A stretch of DNA of 63,151 nt, filler included, from Octopus bimaculoides (taxonomy: Eukaryota), in assembly GCF_001194135.2 (NCBI RefSeq). It is 6 parts of 6 records of this genome, joined end to end, with 100 filler letters (N's around TTAATTAATTAA, not from the genome) between each part and the next. Parts side by side here need not be neighbours in the genome. Positions count along the whole stretch, not along the records: positions 9,259 to 38,782 come from NC_069006.1; 5 more parts are not named here. One strand, given 5' to 3'. The notes under the pieces were generated by a model. The model searched no databases. It worked only from the letters and a program-made list of their open reading frames with translations, and was not told the origin of the DNA. Every line of letters begins with the position of its first letter. The first letter of the stretch is position 1. Position numbers and translations under genes: made by a program. Of this stretch, positions 19,301-32,624 are shown piece after piece.

Positions 19301-22300
19301 ACTTAGAGGAGCATAATCATGGACCCAATTAAGTTAATATTGTTTTGAGTAAATCCTAAGATCAGAGTTGTTCCACCTCAGTTCATCATATTGGGGTTTG
19401 AACTCTTTTAAATGAAATTAAATTAACAGCTAATATATTACTATTCCATTATACAGTGTTGTAGCTAAAAGGGGAGCCAGGAGAGTTTCAAATGTGACAG
19501 TCCTCAACAAAAGATAGATTGGTATATAATGCTACTTTCTGTAGTTAAGGATAAAGAAATTTTGAGCAGATATCTTATTTCCTCAGTAATAGGATTAAAG
19601 AGGGAAAGCAAACATTGATAATCCCTTTTGGTAATTGTTATTCACATATTGTCATGTTTCTACCATTGTTTTCTAATATTGCTTTCTTATTTTCAGTATA
19701 TTCTCTTCCCTGTTTCCACTTCCAAGAATCGTTTATACAATGGCTAATGATGGCATCATCTTTCAGCATTTTTCCACCGTTTCAAATAAATTCAAAACGC
19801 CTTGGTTAGCTGTATTGGTGTGTGGAATTCTTGCAGGTAACCTTTCTTTAATTTTCTGGTGTGTTGTATGTTATCTGGTGTACGTCATGCTGTGACTTCC
19901 CTGAAATCTGGCACATGTTGCAGTGTGTTGTATACTTGTGTGTAGCTCCATTTCAGCCCTAACTGAGTAGCATTACGGCTTGTAAGTAGTTCAATGATAA
20001 ACTGCATCCTGTAAACCTGACTTCCCAGTTATACCATGTCTCTGTCTAGCTGAGGTTTATGCTTCATGCTGACAAATAGGGTCTCTGGCTAGCTGGGATC
20101 TACAAGGCGGTATCATAAAGTTCCCAGACTAATTCTGTAGCACACCAACTGATGGCAGGACGTGGTTGTGTGTGCGGTGAGAGCTAGCAGTGATCTTCGA
20201 GTGACATTGCTGTGAAGACGTTGAACTGTTTACAATGTATTGCCAAGCTTTTCATTCTGTCAGCTTCATGTAGAACCTGGAAGGTTATTTGTTCAATTTC
20301 TTAGTTGCCAAAGATCAGTTATTATGGAGACAACTATCTCATGTTGGTACTCATTCTGATGTAGGCAGAGATAGCAGGAATTGATTGCTGGTTCCTGGAT
20401 ATGAATTTAAACTGCATCTATCAGTGGGAGCCTGGTTTGGAAGCTCCAAGATTTTGAGGAAGATTTTAGCCACTACTGTTCTCGGGTCTATTTTAACCCA
20501 GAATAGTAGCACCTGTCAAGGTCCCAGCTACAGGCTTAATACTATGTAACCACCCAAACTAGGGCACATTGAAATCATAGGATGCAGTATGTTGGATGTG
20601 AACTATTTTAGCAAATGACTTCTGTTGGATCAATGGAAAATATCACAAGATACGGAGGAAATGAACAGACAACAAACTAATCATTCTTCCAGCTTGCCAC
20701 CTTCTATAACAAATATTGGGGTTGGAAAACCCTTTTGGATAGAAAAAGTTGAAGGCTGCATATGAAATTTGAACCCTCAAAAGAATTATTTTTAATAATT
20801 TTTTTTTTTTTTTCTCCCCCCAGCTATCATTTCTACAATCTTTGATCTTGGTCAGTTAATCGATATGTTATCTCTAGCAACATTGTTAGCTTACACGCTG
20901 GTCAGCAAGAGCATCACTGTACTCAGGTAAGTAATTCGATGTCCATAACCCAGTTTTATTTGTCTGTGTTTTGGAAGAACGTATTAAGGTCGGCTGAATG
21001 GACTGGAGCATAAATAGCAAGTCTTTGCATGCGAGACACAAAAAAGGAAAAAAATAATACATAATGCAAATGTGGCTTATATACACCTGTCTTCTTCACA
21101 ATTTAGCNNNNNNNNNNNNNNNNNNNNNNNNNNNNNNNNNNNNNNNNNNNNNNNNNNNNNNNNNNNNNNNNNNNNNNNNNNNNNNNNNNNNNATCGTAAC
21201 TGTAATGCAAAGACTTGCTATTTATGCCCGACCTTAAAGGGTTAACTTGGCCACAAATCTCCTTGATCGTAAGATGACTTATAACGATTTCTTTTTTTTT
21301 TTTTTTCCCAGGTACAGAAGGGTTATACTTCAGACATCCGAGTCTATTCCAACTGATACTGCTGATGTTCCACTTGGACAGGAGTAAGGGAGTTAACACT
21401 TGAGCATTTTTTTTTTTTTTTTTACCTTTTTAAGAGTTATTGTTGGAAATATATTTTATTTAACTGGATACACTCCCAATGAGTCTTGCCAATTCTCTAT
21501 CATCCAGGGGTACCAGATAAGTTGGTAGACTAGAGCTCTTATACTAACATAAGCATTAAAATCTTTTTTGTCCCCATTTGCTGAGCTGTCCTCGATAGCC
21601 TTAATAGTGTATGTATAATGTATGTGTTGGTATTTATTGCAACAAATAACTAGATTTCTTTCTCTACATTTTACATAGTTCAACCTTGAAAGAAGTTTCT
21701 ATAAAACTAGTTTTTAAGCATTGAATGTCTATGGAGGTCCACCAGAATAAAATAGTAATCATAGGGGTCTATAGGTAACAAAAAAAAAATGGTTGAGAAC
21801 CTCTGCTTTATAGTATAAACTAACATGGCCTTTTGATAAGTATATAAATGCTCCTTTACAAAATGGAGACACTTTTTATAAGTGTATAATGATTAAAGCT
21901 AGTAAAAGAATATTGTATTACTTTTGCCATATACAAAACAATATATTTTTGCTTTTCAGTGAATCTTCAGTGTTTCTTAGGGAATCAATGAAATCTAAAT
22001 TCTACAGATGGTTTAACCCCAATTCTGCACTACCAACTGAATCTACAGAATATGTTGCATTGATTGCTTCTGTTTCATTAAGTGAGTTGTAACCCTTTGC
22101 ACAATATTTTCATAACTTTGCCTTAATCCTCTCAGACTTGGGCCCCTGTATCCAACTTTATCTTCCATCTGGTCTTTTGGGCAAAAAAAAAAAAAAAAAA
22201 AAATGCAAAATATTTCATATTTTTTAAGTAATATAAAGCTTTCCTTTCCTAAGCTCTAAATTATTTTCGTGGTTGAAACAAAAATTGGAAATACGCATCG

Positions 22301-24097
22301 TATATGATGCATGGACACCAAAGTAATACGCCCTCTGTATTATATGCAATACACAGGATAGACAAAGGGTTAAGCTATTTCTGAAGAAACAGCTGTTTAA
22401 CCCTTTGCCTCTCCAAAGCATTTTCATAAGTTTGAAAACAAGCATGGACGTTTACGAGGCCAGGTTTATGGGGGGGTTNNNNNNNNNNNNNNNNNNNNNN
22501 NNNNNNNNNNNNNNNNNNNNNNNNNNNNNNNNNNNNNNNNNNNNNNNNNNNNNNNNNNNNNNNNNNNNNNNNNNNNNNNNNNNNNNNNNNNNNNNNNNNN
22601 NNNNNNNNNNNNNNNNNNNNNNNNNNNNNNNNNNNNNNNNNNNNNNNNNNNNNNNNNNNNNNNNNNNNNNNNNNNNNNNNNNNNNNNNNNNNNNNNNNNN
22701 NNNNNNNNNNNNNNNNNNNNNNNNNNNNNNNNNNNNNNNNNNNNNNNNNNNNNNNNNNNNNNNNNNNNNNNNNNNNNNNNNNNNNNNNNNNNNNNNNNNN
22801 NNNNNNNNNNNNNNNNNNNNNNNNNNNNNNNNNNNNNNNNNNNNNNNNNNNNNNNNNNNNNNNNNNNNNNNNNNNNNNNNNNNNNNNNNNNNNNNNNNNN
22901 NNNNNNNNNNNNNNNNNNNNNNNNNNNNNNNNNNNNNNNNNNNNNNNNNNNNNNNNNNNNNNNNNNNNNNNNNNNNNNNNNNNNNNNCACGCACACACGC
23001 TTCTTTCAGTTTCCATCTACCAAATCCAGTCTGGGCTTTGGTTGGCCCGAGGATGTAGAATACACTTGCCCGCTGTAGGACTGTACTTGGAACCATTTGA
23101 TTGTGAAGCAAGCTTCTTACCACACAACCATATATATTTACACACTAATCACTATATTATCCTACAAATACCACTAGCCATTACTGTCCTATTAATGCCG
23201 TAAGCCTTCTGCATCCTACCCTGCTAACTCTACCCACTTTTACAGTCTTATCCTACTAATGACGCTAATTCTCTCTCCATTTTATTTTTCAGCTTTTGTC
23301 TTTGTTGTTCTCATCTGCGTTGTCACTTTGTTTGAGCAACATCTTCTTGAAATTCATCCATGGGTGGTTATTATTGTTTCTCTATCATCACTTGTTATCA
23401 TAATTTTGTTGGCCCTCATTGCCAGGCAACCACAAAACCAGGAACATGTGAACTTCAAGGTAAGTAACTGATTCCATCTCAAGGCTAACCCAGTTTTTGC
23501 AGACAAAAATGATCTTGGAACTTTTGTGGTGTGGCTGTGTGGTAAGAAGCTTACTTCCCAACCACATGCTTCTAGGTTCAGTACTCAACTGCTACTTATT
23601 TTATCGACCCCGAAAGGATGAAAGGCAAAGTCGACCTCGGTGGAATTTGAACCCAGAACATAAAGACAGACGAAATACCCACTAAGTATTTTGCCCGGCA
23701 TGCTAACGTTTCTGCCAGCTCGCCACTTTGAAATCAATATTAAGACAATACAAAATGGTGACCTGGCAGAATTATCAGCAAGCCAAGGAAAATGCTTAGT
23801 GGCATTTCATCGGTTTTTCACGTTCTGAGTTCAAATTCCACTGAATTTACTTTGCCTTTCGGGGTCAATAAAATAAGTACCAGTTGTGTACTGGGGTCAA
23901 TTTAATCGACTTGCCCCCTCCCCACCAAACAAAATTGGAACCCATTATTTAAAAGAAAATATTTTAATGTTTCGTTTCTATTTTTAAGGTACCACTTGTT
24001 CCTGTAGTCTCAGAAGTGAGTGCTAGTTTCAACATGTTTCTTGTGACCAAATTACCATCTTCTGCATGGATCCGTTTTGGAATTTGGCTATTTTTAG
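16197..24097 (+). CDS. Cationic amino acid transporter (APC superfamily, CAT / SLC7A1-4 family), 13 coding exons, terminal exon missing
   Basis: Exons 16197-16305, 16558-16677, 16980-17108, 17405-17560, 18245-18381, 18764-18875, 19068-19290, 19697-19836, 20824-20926, 21312-21383, 21960-22081, 23293-23459, 23989-24097. All GT-AG, with a continuous frame of 1699 nt (566 codons + 1 nt). CAT motifs: [87 protein letters not shown]. The paralogue cannot be assigned, so no symbol is given. Confidence 0.93.
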
Positions 24098-24212
24098 GTT
24101 TGTAGACAAAAAAATAAATAAATAAATCTTGTAATTTATCAAAATATTTATACACAGGTGGACAAAAGTAGGTACACAGTTGCTTAATGAGCAGAATGTT
24201 CTTTTCATTACT

Positions 24213-24253
<41 letters not shown>

Positions 24254-27200
24254 CTAAGCAGTTCATAAGTCTATCAAGGTCAACATACCCCGCCCCATGA
24301 TCGAAAGGGGAACTGGAGCAATGTGAAGTAGTGTTTTGCCCAAGAACACACTGTGCTGCCGCAATCAGGTAATCAAACCCACGATTTAGCAATTGGGAGT
24401 GCAACAGCTTAACAACTTGGCCACTTGCCTTCACAACATTGGTTGTATCTTTTAATCTTTTACTTGTTTCAGTGATTTGACTGCGGCCATGCTGGAGCAC
24501 TGCTTTTAGTTGAACAAATTGATCCCAGGACTTATTCTTTGTAAGCTGAGTACTTAGTCTCTTTTGCTGAACTGCTGATAGAATAAGTTACGGGGATGTA
24601 AACACCATCGGTTGTCGAGCGATGGTGGTGGGGACAGAAACATATATATATATATGTATATATGGGCTTCTTTCAGTTTCTGTGTTTGTCCCCTCCCTCC
24701 ATCACTTGACAGCTGATGTTGGTGTGTTTGTGGCTTCCATAACTTAGTGGTTTGGCAAAAGAGGCTAATAGAATAAGTACTGGGCTTATTAAAGAATAAG
24801 CCCTGTGGTTGATTTCTTCGACCAAACCCATTCAGGGTGGTGCTCCAGCATGACTGCAGTCAAATGATCGTAATGNNNNNNNNNNNNNNNNNNNNNNNNN
24901 NNNNNNNNNNNNNNNNNNNNNNNNNNNNNNNNNNNNNNNNNNNNNNNNNNNNNNNNNNNNNNNNNNNNNNNNNNNNNNNNNNNNNNNNNNNNNNNNNNNN
25001 NNNNNNNNNNNNNNNNNNNNNNNNNNNNNNNNNNNNNNNNNNNNNNNNNNNNNNNNNNNNNNNNNNNNNNNNNNNNNNNNNNNNNNNNNNNNNNNNNNNN
25101 NNNNNNNNNNNNNNNNNNNNNNNNNNNNNNNNNNNNNNNNNNNNNNNNNNNNNNNNNNNNNNNNNNNNNNNNNNNNNNNNNNNNNNNNNNNNNNNNNNNN
25201 NNNNNNNNNNNNNNNNNNNNNNNNNNNNNNNNNNNNNNNNNNNNNNNNNNNNNNNNNNNNNNNNNNNNNNNNNNNNNNNNNNNNNNNNNNNNNNNNNNNN
25301 NNNNNNNNNNNNNNNNNNNNNNNNNNNNNNNNNNNNNNNNNNNNNNNNNNNNNNNNNGTGGGGGGGAACAGACACAGAAACTTATATACAACAGGCTTCT
25401 TTCAGTTTCCTTCTACCAAATCCACTCACAAGGCCTTGGTCGGCCCAAGGCTTATTGTAGAAGACACTTGACTAAGGTGCCATGCAGTAGGACCGAACCT
25501 GGAACCATGTGGTTGGGAAGCAAGCTTCTCGCCACGCCAGCCACTATATTTATTTCAATTTTTTTTTTTTCCTCCATTTAATCTTTCTGCATGCTTGAAA
25601 TTAATTTTTTAGATTTACATTTTTAAACATGAGAACATAATTATCTAAATATTACTGCGTCCATGCTGGAGCACTGCCTTGAAGGGTTTAATTGAACAAA
25701 TCGACCACAATATTTATTTTAAGCCTGGTACTTATTGTGTCGGTTACCTCCGCCGAAACGCTAAGTTACGTGTACGTAAACACGGTTGTCAAGTGGTGGG
25801 GGATGGGGTGTCATATACACGTATCTGGGATCCTTACCCTTTGAACGACAGATCAAGGGAAAATATCCCGTATCTGTAAAAACAAAATTTTCCTAAATTA
25901 TATTGTGATGGAATTTAAATAAAAAGAATTTTTCCCCCTCCTCTGTAACTTTGTGATTTCTTTTACTTTACGCCTGTGTTTGTGTTTCAAACTTTAAAAA
26001 TTCGAATATACAAAATGAAAAAATCCGCATCACCACCGCTGTCACTGATGTAAAGTTACGAGTTTGGCCCGTTGATAATTTCCGACTCTATTGTATAAGA
26101 ACATCCGCATAAGTATTTGTGTGCGTGCAATCGTGGCTGTGTAGCTAGGAAGTTTGCTTCCCAGCTTTGTGGACTTGGGTTCATTTTTGCTGTGCGGCAC
26201 CTTGGGCAAATCTATTCTACTTGAGCCTCGGGCCGACCAAAGCCATGTGTAAGTGGATATGATAGACGGAAATTCTGTGGAAGCCCGTTGAGTATGTGTA
26301 TGTGTGAGCGCGCACAGACAACGATGTTTCAATTTGTAAGTGTCTGCATTGTTGACAGCCACGTTGATATGCTTACATCCCCGCAAAGTAGCGTTAGGGA
26401 AGCAAAAGAGAACGAAACAAGTACCACGCTTCAAAACAAATAAAAATGAGTTCTGGAGTCGATTTTTTTTGTTCGGCTATGCCCTCTAAGACAGTAGTAC
26501 CCCAGTATGGCCGTGATCCACTGACTAGTTAAACGTGTGTGTGTTTGTATGGGTATTGGGAGAACTTGATATAATCGAAGAATAAGATATAGTTAGATTA
26601 GGCCATGATAAATTTTAATAGCGTTTTAACTTAAGTACTATTAAAAAAAAAAGTTAATGGCTTACGATCAGCTAAAAAAAAAGACAATAAAATACGTTAT
26701 CGCTTTTACAAAATACTCATTAATTAAAATACATGTAATGTAGTAAAAATATATTACGTATTATTTATTCTATGTATTAAATCTATCGAAGCTGTTCGAT
26801 AATGAAAGAATGAATGGAATTTTGAATTGTTTAAAGGGTCAAGTGTAAGAGAGAGAATGAGGGGGCTGGAAATTGTGGCATTTTGATTGGTTGTTTTCTA
26901 GCGTCATGTGGCGTTTGTCGATTCTGATTGGCTGCGAGATGATGTTACGTCAGGTAAACCACTTTGATAAACAAAAGCATTAAAAATCTGGTTTGATTCC
27001 ACAGCGACAACAGTTCCGTGAAAAAATGTCAAAATTTGCTAAACTTGCAAAATCAGGGAGAAATAATTAAAAATAATAAAAACGTGTGGAGGGGGAGGCG
27101 GGGGTAGAAGGGGAAACAAGAAAAATGACGGAGTCGGAGGGAGGGAGAATGATATCGCAGATGTATGTAGTAAAGAAAGAATGAGAGAGAGAAAGGGAGG

Positions 27201-29127
27201 TAGACGTTGAGATAGAGAAAGAAAGAAGGGGAGGATGAAATTGGAGGAAAAAGAATTTATACAATGGAATCTCTTTCTCTCTGTCTTCTTTCTCTTTTCT
27301 TTTCTCTGCTCTCTCTCTTTCCCTATATCGAGAAAGAAAGGAATGCGATAGAATCAGAGGTGGTGAGTTAGTGTGATTTAAAGTACCTTTTTACTGAAGT
27401 CGCGGCCATGCTGGGGTACCGCTTTGAAGGGTTTTAGCCGAACTAATCGACCGACCCCCCAGTACTTTTAAGCCAGGTACATATTAGTCCGTTTTTTTTT
27501 TTTTTTNNNNNNNNNNNNNNNNNNNNNNNNNNNNNNNNNNNNNNNNNNNNNNNNNNNNNNNNNNNNNNNNNNNNNNNNNNNNNNNNNNNNNNNNNNNNNN
27601 NNNNNNNNNNNNNNNNNNNNNNNNNTTTTTTTTGCCAAACTGCAAGTTTAGGGGGACGCAAACAACCCAACACCGGTTGTCAAGCGGTGGTGGGGTATAC
27701 ACACACACACGCATAGGCGCAGGCATGACTGTCGTAAGAAGTTTGCTTCCCAACCATATGGTTCTGGGTTTATAGTCCCACTGTGTGACCACACCTTGGG
27801 CAACGGGTAACAGAGATCGATGCTTTAAAAAAGTATTGAGGGCGATACATTCGACTAAAACAATTCTTCAAGGTGGTGCCCCAGCATGGCCGTAGTCTCT
27901 AATAATATATGCCTACACACGCATGACGCGGGCTTCTTTCCGTAACTAAAAATCCACTCACAAGTTGGCTCTGAACTCTATTAGAAAATACTTGCCCAAG
28001 GTGTCACGCAGAGGGACTGAACCAGCAGCCATGTGGTTTGGAAGCAAACCGCTTACCACAAAGCCACGCCAGCGGAAATACAGAGGTGGTGGTGGTGGTC
28101 GGGAGGTGAAGTGAAATTTATGATGAACGAATTAGTGTGAGAAATAGAATGAAAGAGAGAAAGAAACGAAAAGATAGATCGTCAGAGAGAACGAGTCATG
28201 AGGGAAAGAATGAAGTTGATATCTTTTTTTTTTTCTTTTACATATTTCAGTCATTTGACTGCGGCCATGCTGGAGCACNNNNNNNNNNGAGAACGAGTCA
28301 TGAGGGAAAGAATGAAGTTGATATCTTTTTTTTTTTCTTTTACATATTTCAGTCATTTGACTGCGGCCATGCTGGAGCACCATCTTTAGTCGAGCAAATC
28401 GACTCCAGAACTTATTCTATCGGTTCTTTTGCCGAACCGCTAAGTTACGGGAACGAAAACACACCACCATCGGTTGTCAAGCGATGGTGGGGGGACAAAC
28501 ACAAACATATATACACACATACATATACATATATATACTCTTTTACTTGCTTCAGTCATTTGACTGCGGCCATGCTACAGCACTGCCTTTAGCCGAGCAA
28601 ATTCGACCTTCAGGACTTATTCTTTGTAAGCCTAGTACTTATTCTATCGGTTTCTTTTGCCGAACCGCTAAGTTACGGTGACGTAAACACACCAGTATCG
28701 GTTGTCAAGCGATGTTGGGGGGACAAGCACAGACATATATACATACATATACATATATACGACGGGCTTCTTTCAGTTTCCGTCTACCAAATCCACTCAC
28801 AAGGCTTTGGCCGGCCCGAGGCTATAGTAGAAGACACTTGCCCAAGGTGCCACGCATTGGAACCGAACCCGGAACCATGTGGTTGGTAAGCAAGCTACTT
28901 ACCACACAGCCACAATTTTTTAAAAATATAATTTTACTGATGTCCAATGAGTCTTCATTACCCACAAGAATATCATTTTTACTCCACTTAGGGAAATTTA
29001 CCCCTGTTCGCCGACCTCTGCTGTAGAGTGCCTAGCGACTTGTCTTCATACCCGGACAGCGAACCTGCCGATGTCGACTTTGCATTTCATCCTCTCTCTC
29101 TCTCTCTCAGCACATTTATTCCATTTT

Positions 29128-29400
29128 AGATGGAGAGTGCTTTCCGTACTATATGGGCTGTACCCATCAAAGTTATCTTTTGTAGTTCACAGAGATGGGA
29201 GTCACCAGGGAGTTGCTTAATATTCTTCTCATATCCCTTCTTTATCTTTCCCAACGCACCAATCACTACTGGTATTATTGTAGTACTAAGCTTGCACATT
29301 TTTCTGATTTCAATTTGCTTTTCGTATTCCTTTCTTTAGACATTTGATCTTGTAGGACAGACGTCAATTAACAGACAAGTTCCTCTGTTGTAGTCCTTGA
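29128..29400 (-). mobile_element. R4/Dong-like non-LTR retrotransposon, restriction-like endonuclease C-terminus
   Basis: Minus strand reads CLLIDV..IEIRKMCKL..IIPVVIGALG..LQKITLMGTAHIVRKALSI*. Confidence 0.7.
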
Positions 29401-29439
29401 TCACAATGTCTGGTCGATTGGAATCAATTGTTCTGTCTG

Positions 29440-29830
29440 TTTGTATCGGGAAGTTCCAAAGGATGGCGATACCTTCGTCATTTACTACATCAAGCGACCA
29501 AAAGTCACCAGCCTGGAAGCCATTTTACTTGAGACACGACCACATTGGGCAGGACAGGTTGACAGGATGAAAGACCACCGCCTATCCAAGATCATCATGT
29601 ACGGTGGGCTCCCCACTGGCCACCGCAAAGATGCGTTACAAGGACTGCCTGAAGTAGTCCCTTAGAGATCTCTCACAGCGCCTCTCTTGAAGACAAATGT
29701 CAGAGGCTCAAACATAATGCAGCTACGTCATCAGACCCTGTACAATTATACCTCTGTTATTGCAATCGGATATGTCGATCCCACATCGGCCCTATCAGCC
29801 ACGAACGAATGTGTAAACGACGTGAACAAC
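29440..29830 (+). mobile_element. RTE-clade LINE 3' fragment
   Basis: SLEAILL..HWAGQVDRMKDHRLSKIIMYG.L, then (frameshift) RYKDCLK; typical of the RTE region after the RT domain. Confidence 0.7.
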
Positions 29831-29855
29831 AGCTTTCCTAATCTTCGTCAGTGAA

Positions 29856-29897
<42 letters not shown>

Positions 29898-30275
29898 NNN
29901 NNNNNNNNNNNNNNNNNNNNNNNNNNNNNNNNNNNNNNNNNNNNNNNNNNNNNNNNNNNNNNNNNNNNNNNNNNNNNNNNNNNNNNNNNNNNNNNNNNNN
30001 NNNNNNNNNNNNNNNNNNNNNNNNNNNNNNNNNNNNNNNNNNNNNNNNNNNNNNNNNNNNNNNNNNNNNNNNNNNNNNNNNNNNNNNNNNNNNNNNNNNN
30101 NNNNNNNNNNNNNNNNNNNNNNNNNNNNNNNNNNNNNNNNNNNNNNNNNNNNNNNNNNNNNNNNNNNNNNNNNNNNNNNNNNNNNNNNNNNNNNNNNNNN
30201 NNNNNNNNNNNNNNNNNNNNNNNNNNNNNNNNNNNNNNNNNNNNNNNNNNNNNNNNNNNNNNNNNNNNNNNNNNG

Positions 30276-30550
30276 GAGGAGGAGGAGGAGGAGGAGGAAG
30301 AAGAAGAAGAAGAAGAAGTTAGAAGGCAAAGTAAAAGAGATGGAGGTGGCTGCTGCTGCGGCGGCGGCGATGATGCAACGACGAAAGAGCAAGAACAAGA
30401 ATATGGCTGGTGGTGAGGATGATAATGTGGTGGCGGTGGTGGTTGATGTAGGTGTTGGGGTTATGATGGTGGTGGTAGTAGTCGTCATCGCCGTCGTAGT
30501 AGTAGTAGTAGTAGTAATAGTAATAGTAGTAGTAGTAGTAGTTAGTAACA
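30276..30550. repeat. Compound trinucleotide microsatellite (GGA, GAA, GCG, GTG, GTA)
   Basis: Read directly from the sequence. Confidence 0.9.
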
Positions 30551-30929
30551 ACTACGTGTAGAAGGGGAGAACCAAACGGAATAAATATTCTTTCTTAACT
30601 TTTTTTATTATATATTATTTTATTCTTTCGGTGGTTCCAATTATAGGACCACGGCCATACTGGGGCACCGCTTTTTAAATTCAAATCATGTCAACCAGTG
30701 TCCTGTCCGGTATTCATCTTATCGATTTCTACTTATCGAAAGGCTAAGTCGCCTTTTGACGTGAAGGGATGCACAAGCACATACTCTCTCTCACACAAAC
30801 TTCAATGAAAAGTATTTGGTTAGCCTTACTCGGTGACACAAGGTGCCGTGCAGTAGGATCGAACCAGGAAACGTGCAGTTGCGAAGAAAACCTTTTAATC
30901 ATAGGAGTGACTCTACTTGCATTTACCAT

Positions 30930-31680
30930 AAAAAATCGGATCGTGTGAATTTTCCGAAAGTCCTCTCATCCCCACCCTGTTCGTTTGCGCAAATTTTTGT
31001 TTTCATATTCATTCTCTACACGTTTTTNNNNNNNNNNNNNNNNNNNNNNNNNNNNNNNNNNNNNNNNNNNNNNNNNNNNNNNNNNNNNNNNNNNNNNNNN
31101 NNNNNNNNNNNNNNNNNNNNNNNNNNNNNNNNNNNNNNNNNNNNNNNNNNNNNNNNNNNNNNNNNNNNNNNNNNNNNNNNNNNNNNNNNNNNNNNNNNNN
31201 NNNNNNNNNNNNNNNNNNNNNNNNNNNNNNNNNNNNNNNNNNNNNNNNTATGAAGGGCAAAAACGGATTGCGTGAACTTTCCGACAGTCCTCCCCCACTT
31301 CGGAAAACATTTTCCCCACAAATTTCTTTATAATCGTAATCTATGCTGTTTGAAAGGTGTTTCTGTAAAATTTCATGAAAAGACATGCATTTTCCTGAAA
31401 GTTATGAAGGGGGAGGGGGGGAAACCCCGATCGTTTGGATTTTCCGACAATTCTCTCCCTACCCGTTCGGAAAACATTTTCCCCAGAAATTTCTTTATGA
31501 TCGTAATTTGTGCTATTTGAACGGTATTTCAACAAAATTTCATTAAAATATATATCCATTTTCCTTAAAGTTATGAGGGAAAAATCGGATCTTGTGAATT
31601 TTCCGAAAGTCCTCTCTCCATTCTACCCGTTCGTTTGCGCGAATTTGTTTTTTTTCATATTCGTTTTCTACACATTTTTT
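30930..31680. repeat. Diverged ~160-bp tandem repeat array, interrupted by an N gap
   Basis: The anchor TTCCGA(C/A)A recurs at 31279, 31442 and 31601 (spacing 163 and 159). A further unit lies at ~30930-31027. Confidence 0.75.
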
Positions 31681-32287
31681 TAACACCTAGTAGGCTACTT
31701 TTTATTTGTTTTCGTTAACGGCTCTAAAACTATATATTGACCCATTATCCAAACTTTGTAGAGGGAAACCATCGATAAAACCAGTTTTCGCATTTATTGT
31801 TGGTTTATACATCAACGAACTTCGTAAAAAGTAGAAACAGATTGTATTTTTTGGGCATTTCGTTTAATATGTTAAGTCTACGTGATTTTTGCATCTGGTT
31901 TGCAAGATTCTTGACGTGAATTATTGTGTTGAAGCAAATTTCGTTGTCTGGGGTGAGTCAAACTGCCTCAATATCTAACACACTCACCGGTTCAATTTCC
32001 ACTCATTTATTATCTATTCTATCTTTTCTTCCAAAATTTTCGTTGCTTTCGCAACCTTGACAATAGATGTCGTCAACTGAACCGGTGTGTGTGTTATATA
32101 TTAAGGCATTAAGGAAATATGTCTCACCCCAGGCACAATAAATACGTTGAGTTATACCCTCGAACACGTGGTAGCTGTGCACACGTGATATTCTTGGCTC
32201 TCGAAAGTAAAAAAAAAAAAAAAAAAAATTGGTTTACTACTTAACATTAATCACTATTTTGTTATTTTGCAGCTGTTGAAGTCAACT

Positions 32288-32361
32288 GGCCGGTTAGCTC
32301 AGTTGGTTAGAGCGTCGTGCTAATAACGCGAATGTCGTGGGTTCGAGCCCCATATTGGCCA
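32288..32361 (+). tRNA. tRNA-Ile-AAT: tRNA-Ile (anticodon AAT)
   Basis: 74 nt, starting GGCCGGTTAGCTCAGTTGGTTAGAGCG. All four stems pair (acceptor GGCCGGT/ATTGGCC, anticodon TCGTG/CGCGA, T-stem GTGGG/CCCAT). Loop CTAATAA, boxes A and B intact, oligo-T terminator about 8 nt downstream. Confidence 0.9.
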
Positions 32362-32624
32362 TATTTAATTTTTTTCTTTTTTTTTATACTAGACCAAACA
32401 GAAGGCTCTCAGCCATTTTTTTTTTACTCCTATCGACCCTTTTAATTTCTATTTTACTCTTCTGGACTTCCTTAGCCATTTGCTGTACATTGAAAAAAAA
32501 ATCATATCTAAATATTACTAGGAATTGTATAAGAAATCCATTGAAATATTTTGGGTATTGTAGGAGTGTAACCAATTTGCTGCACGTAAATTTTAACAAC
32601 AGACTCTCATATGAACCCCGCTCC

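Noticed and set aside
19900-20620. Possible extra CAT exon or nested gene in the long intron 8
   Set aside because: Exons 8 and 9 join in frame without it, and the sequence looks like a stop-ridden retroelement remnant that I could not assign to a family.
28187-28380. Exact ~92-bp direct duplication on either side of a 10-N gap (similar case near 13500)
   Set aside because: This is the typical overlap artefact of unmerged contig ends.
29838-30561. Poly-Thr / poly-Val / poly-Arg ORFs
   Set aside because: Trinucleotide microsatellites plus a gap; no splice or homology support.
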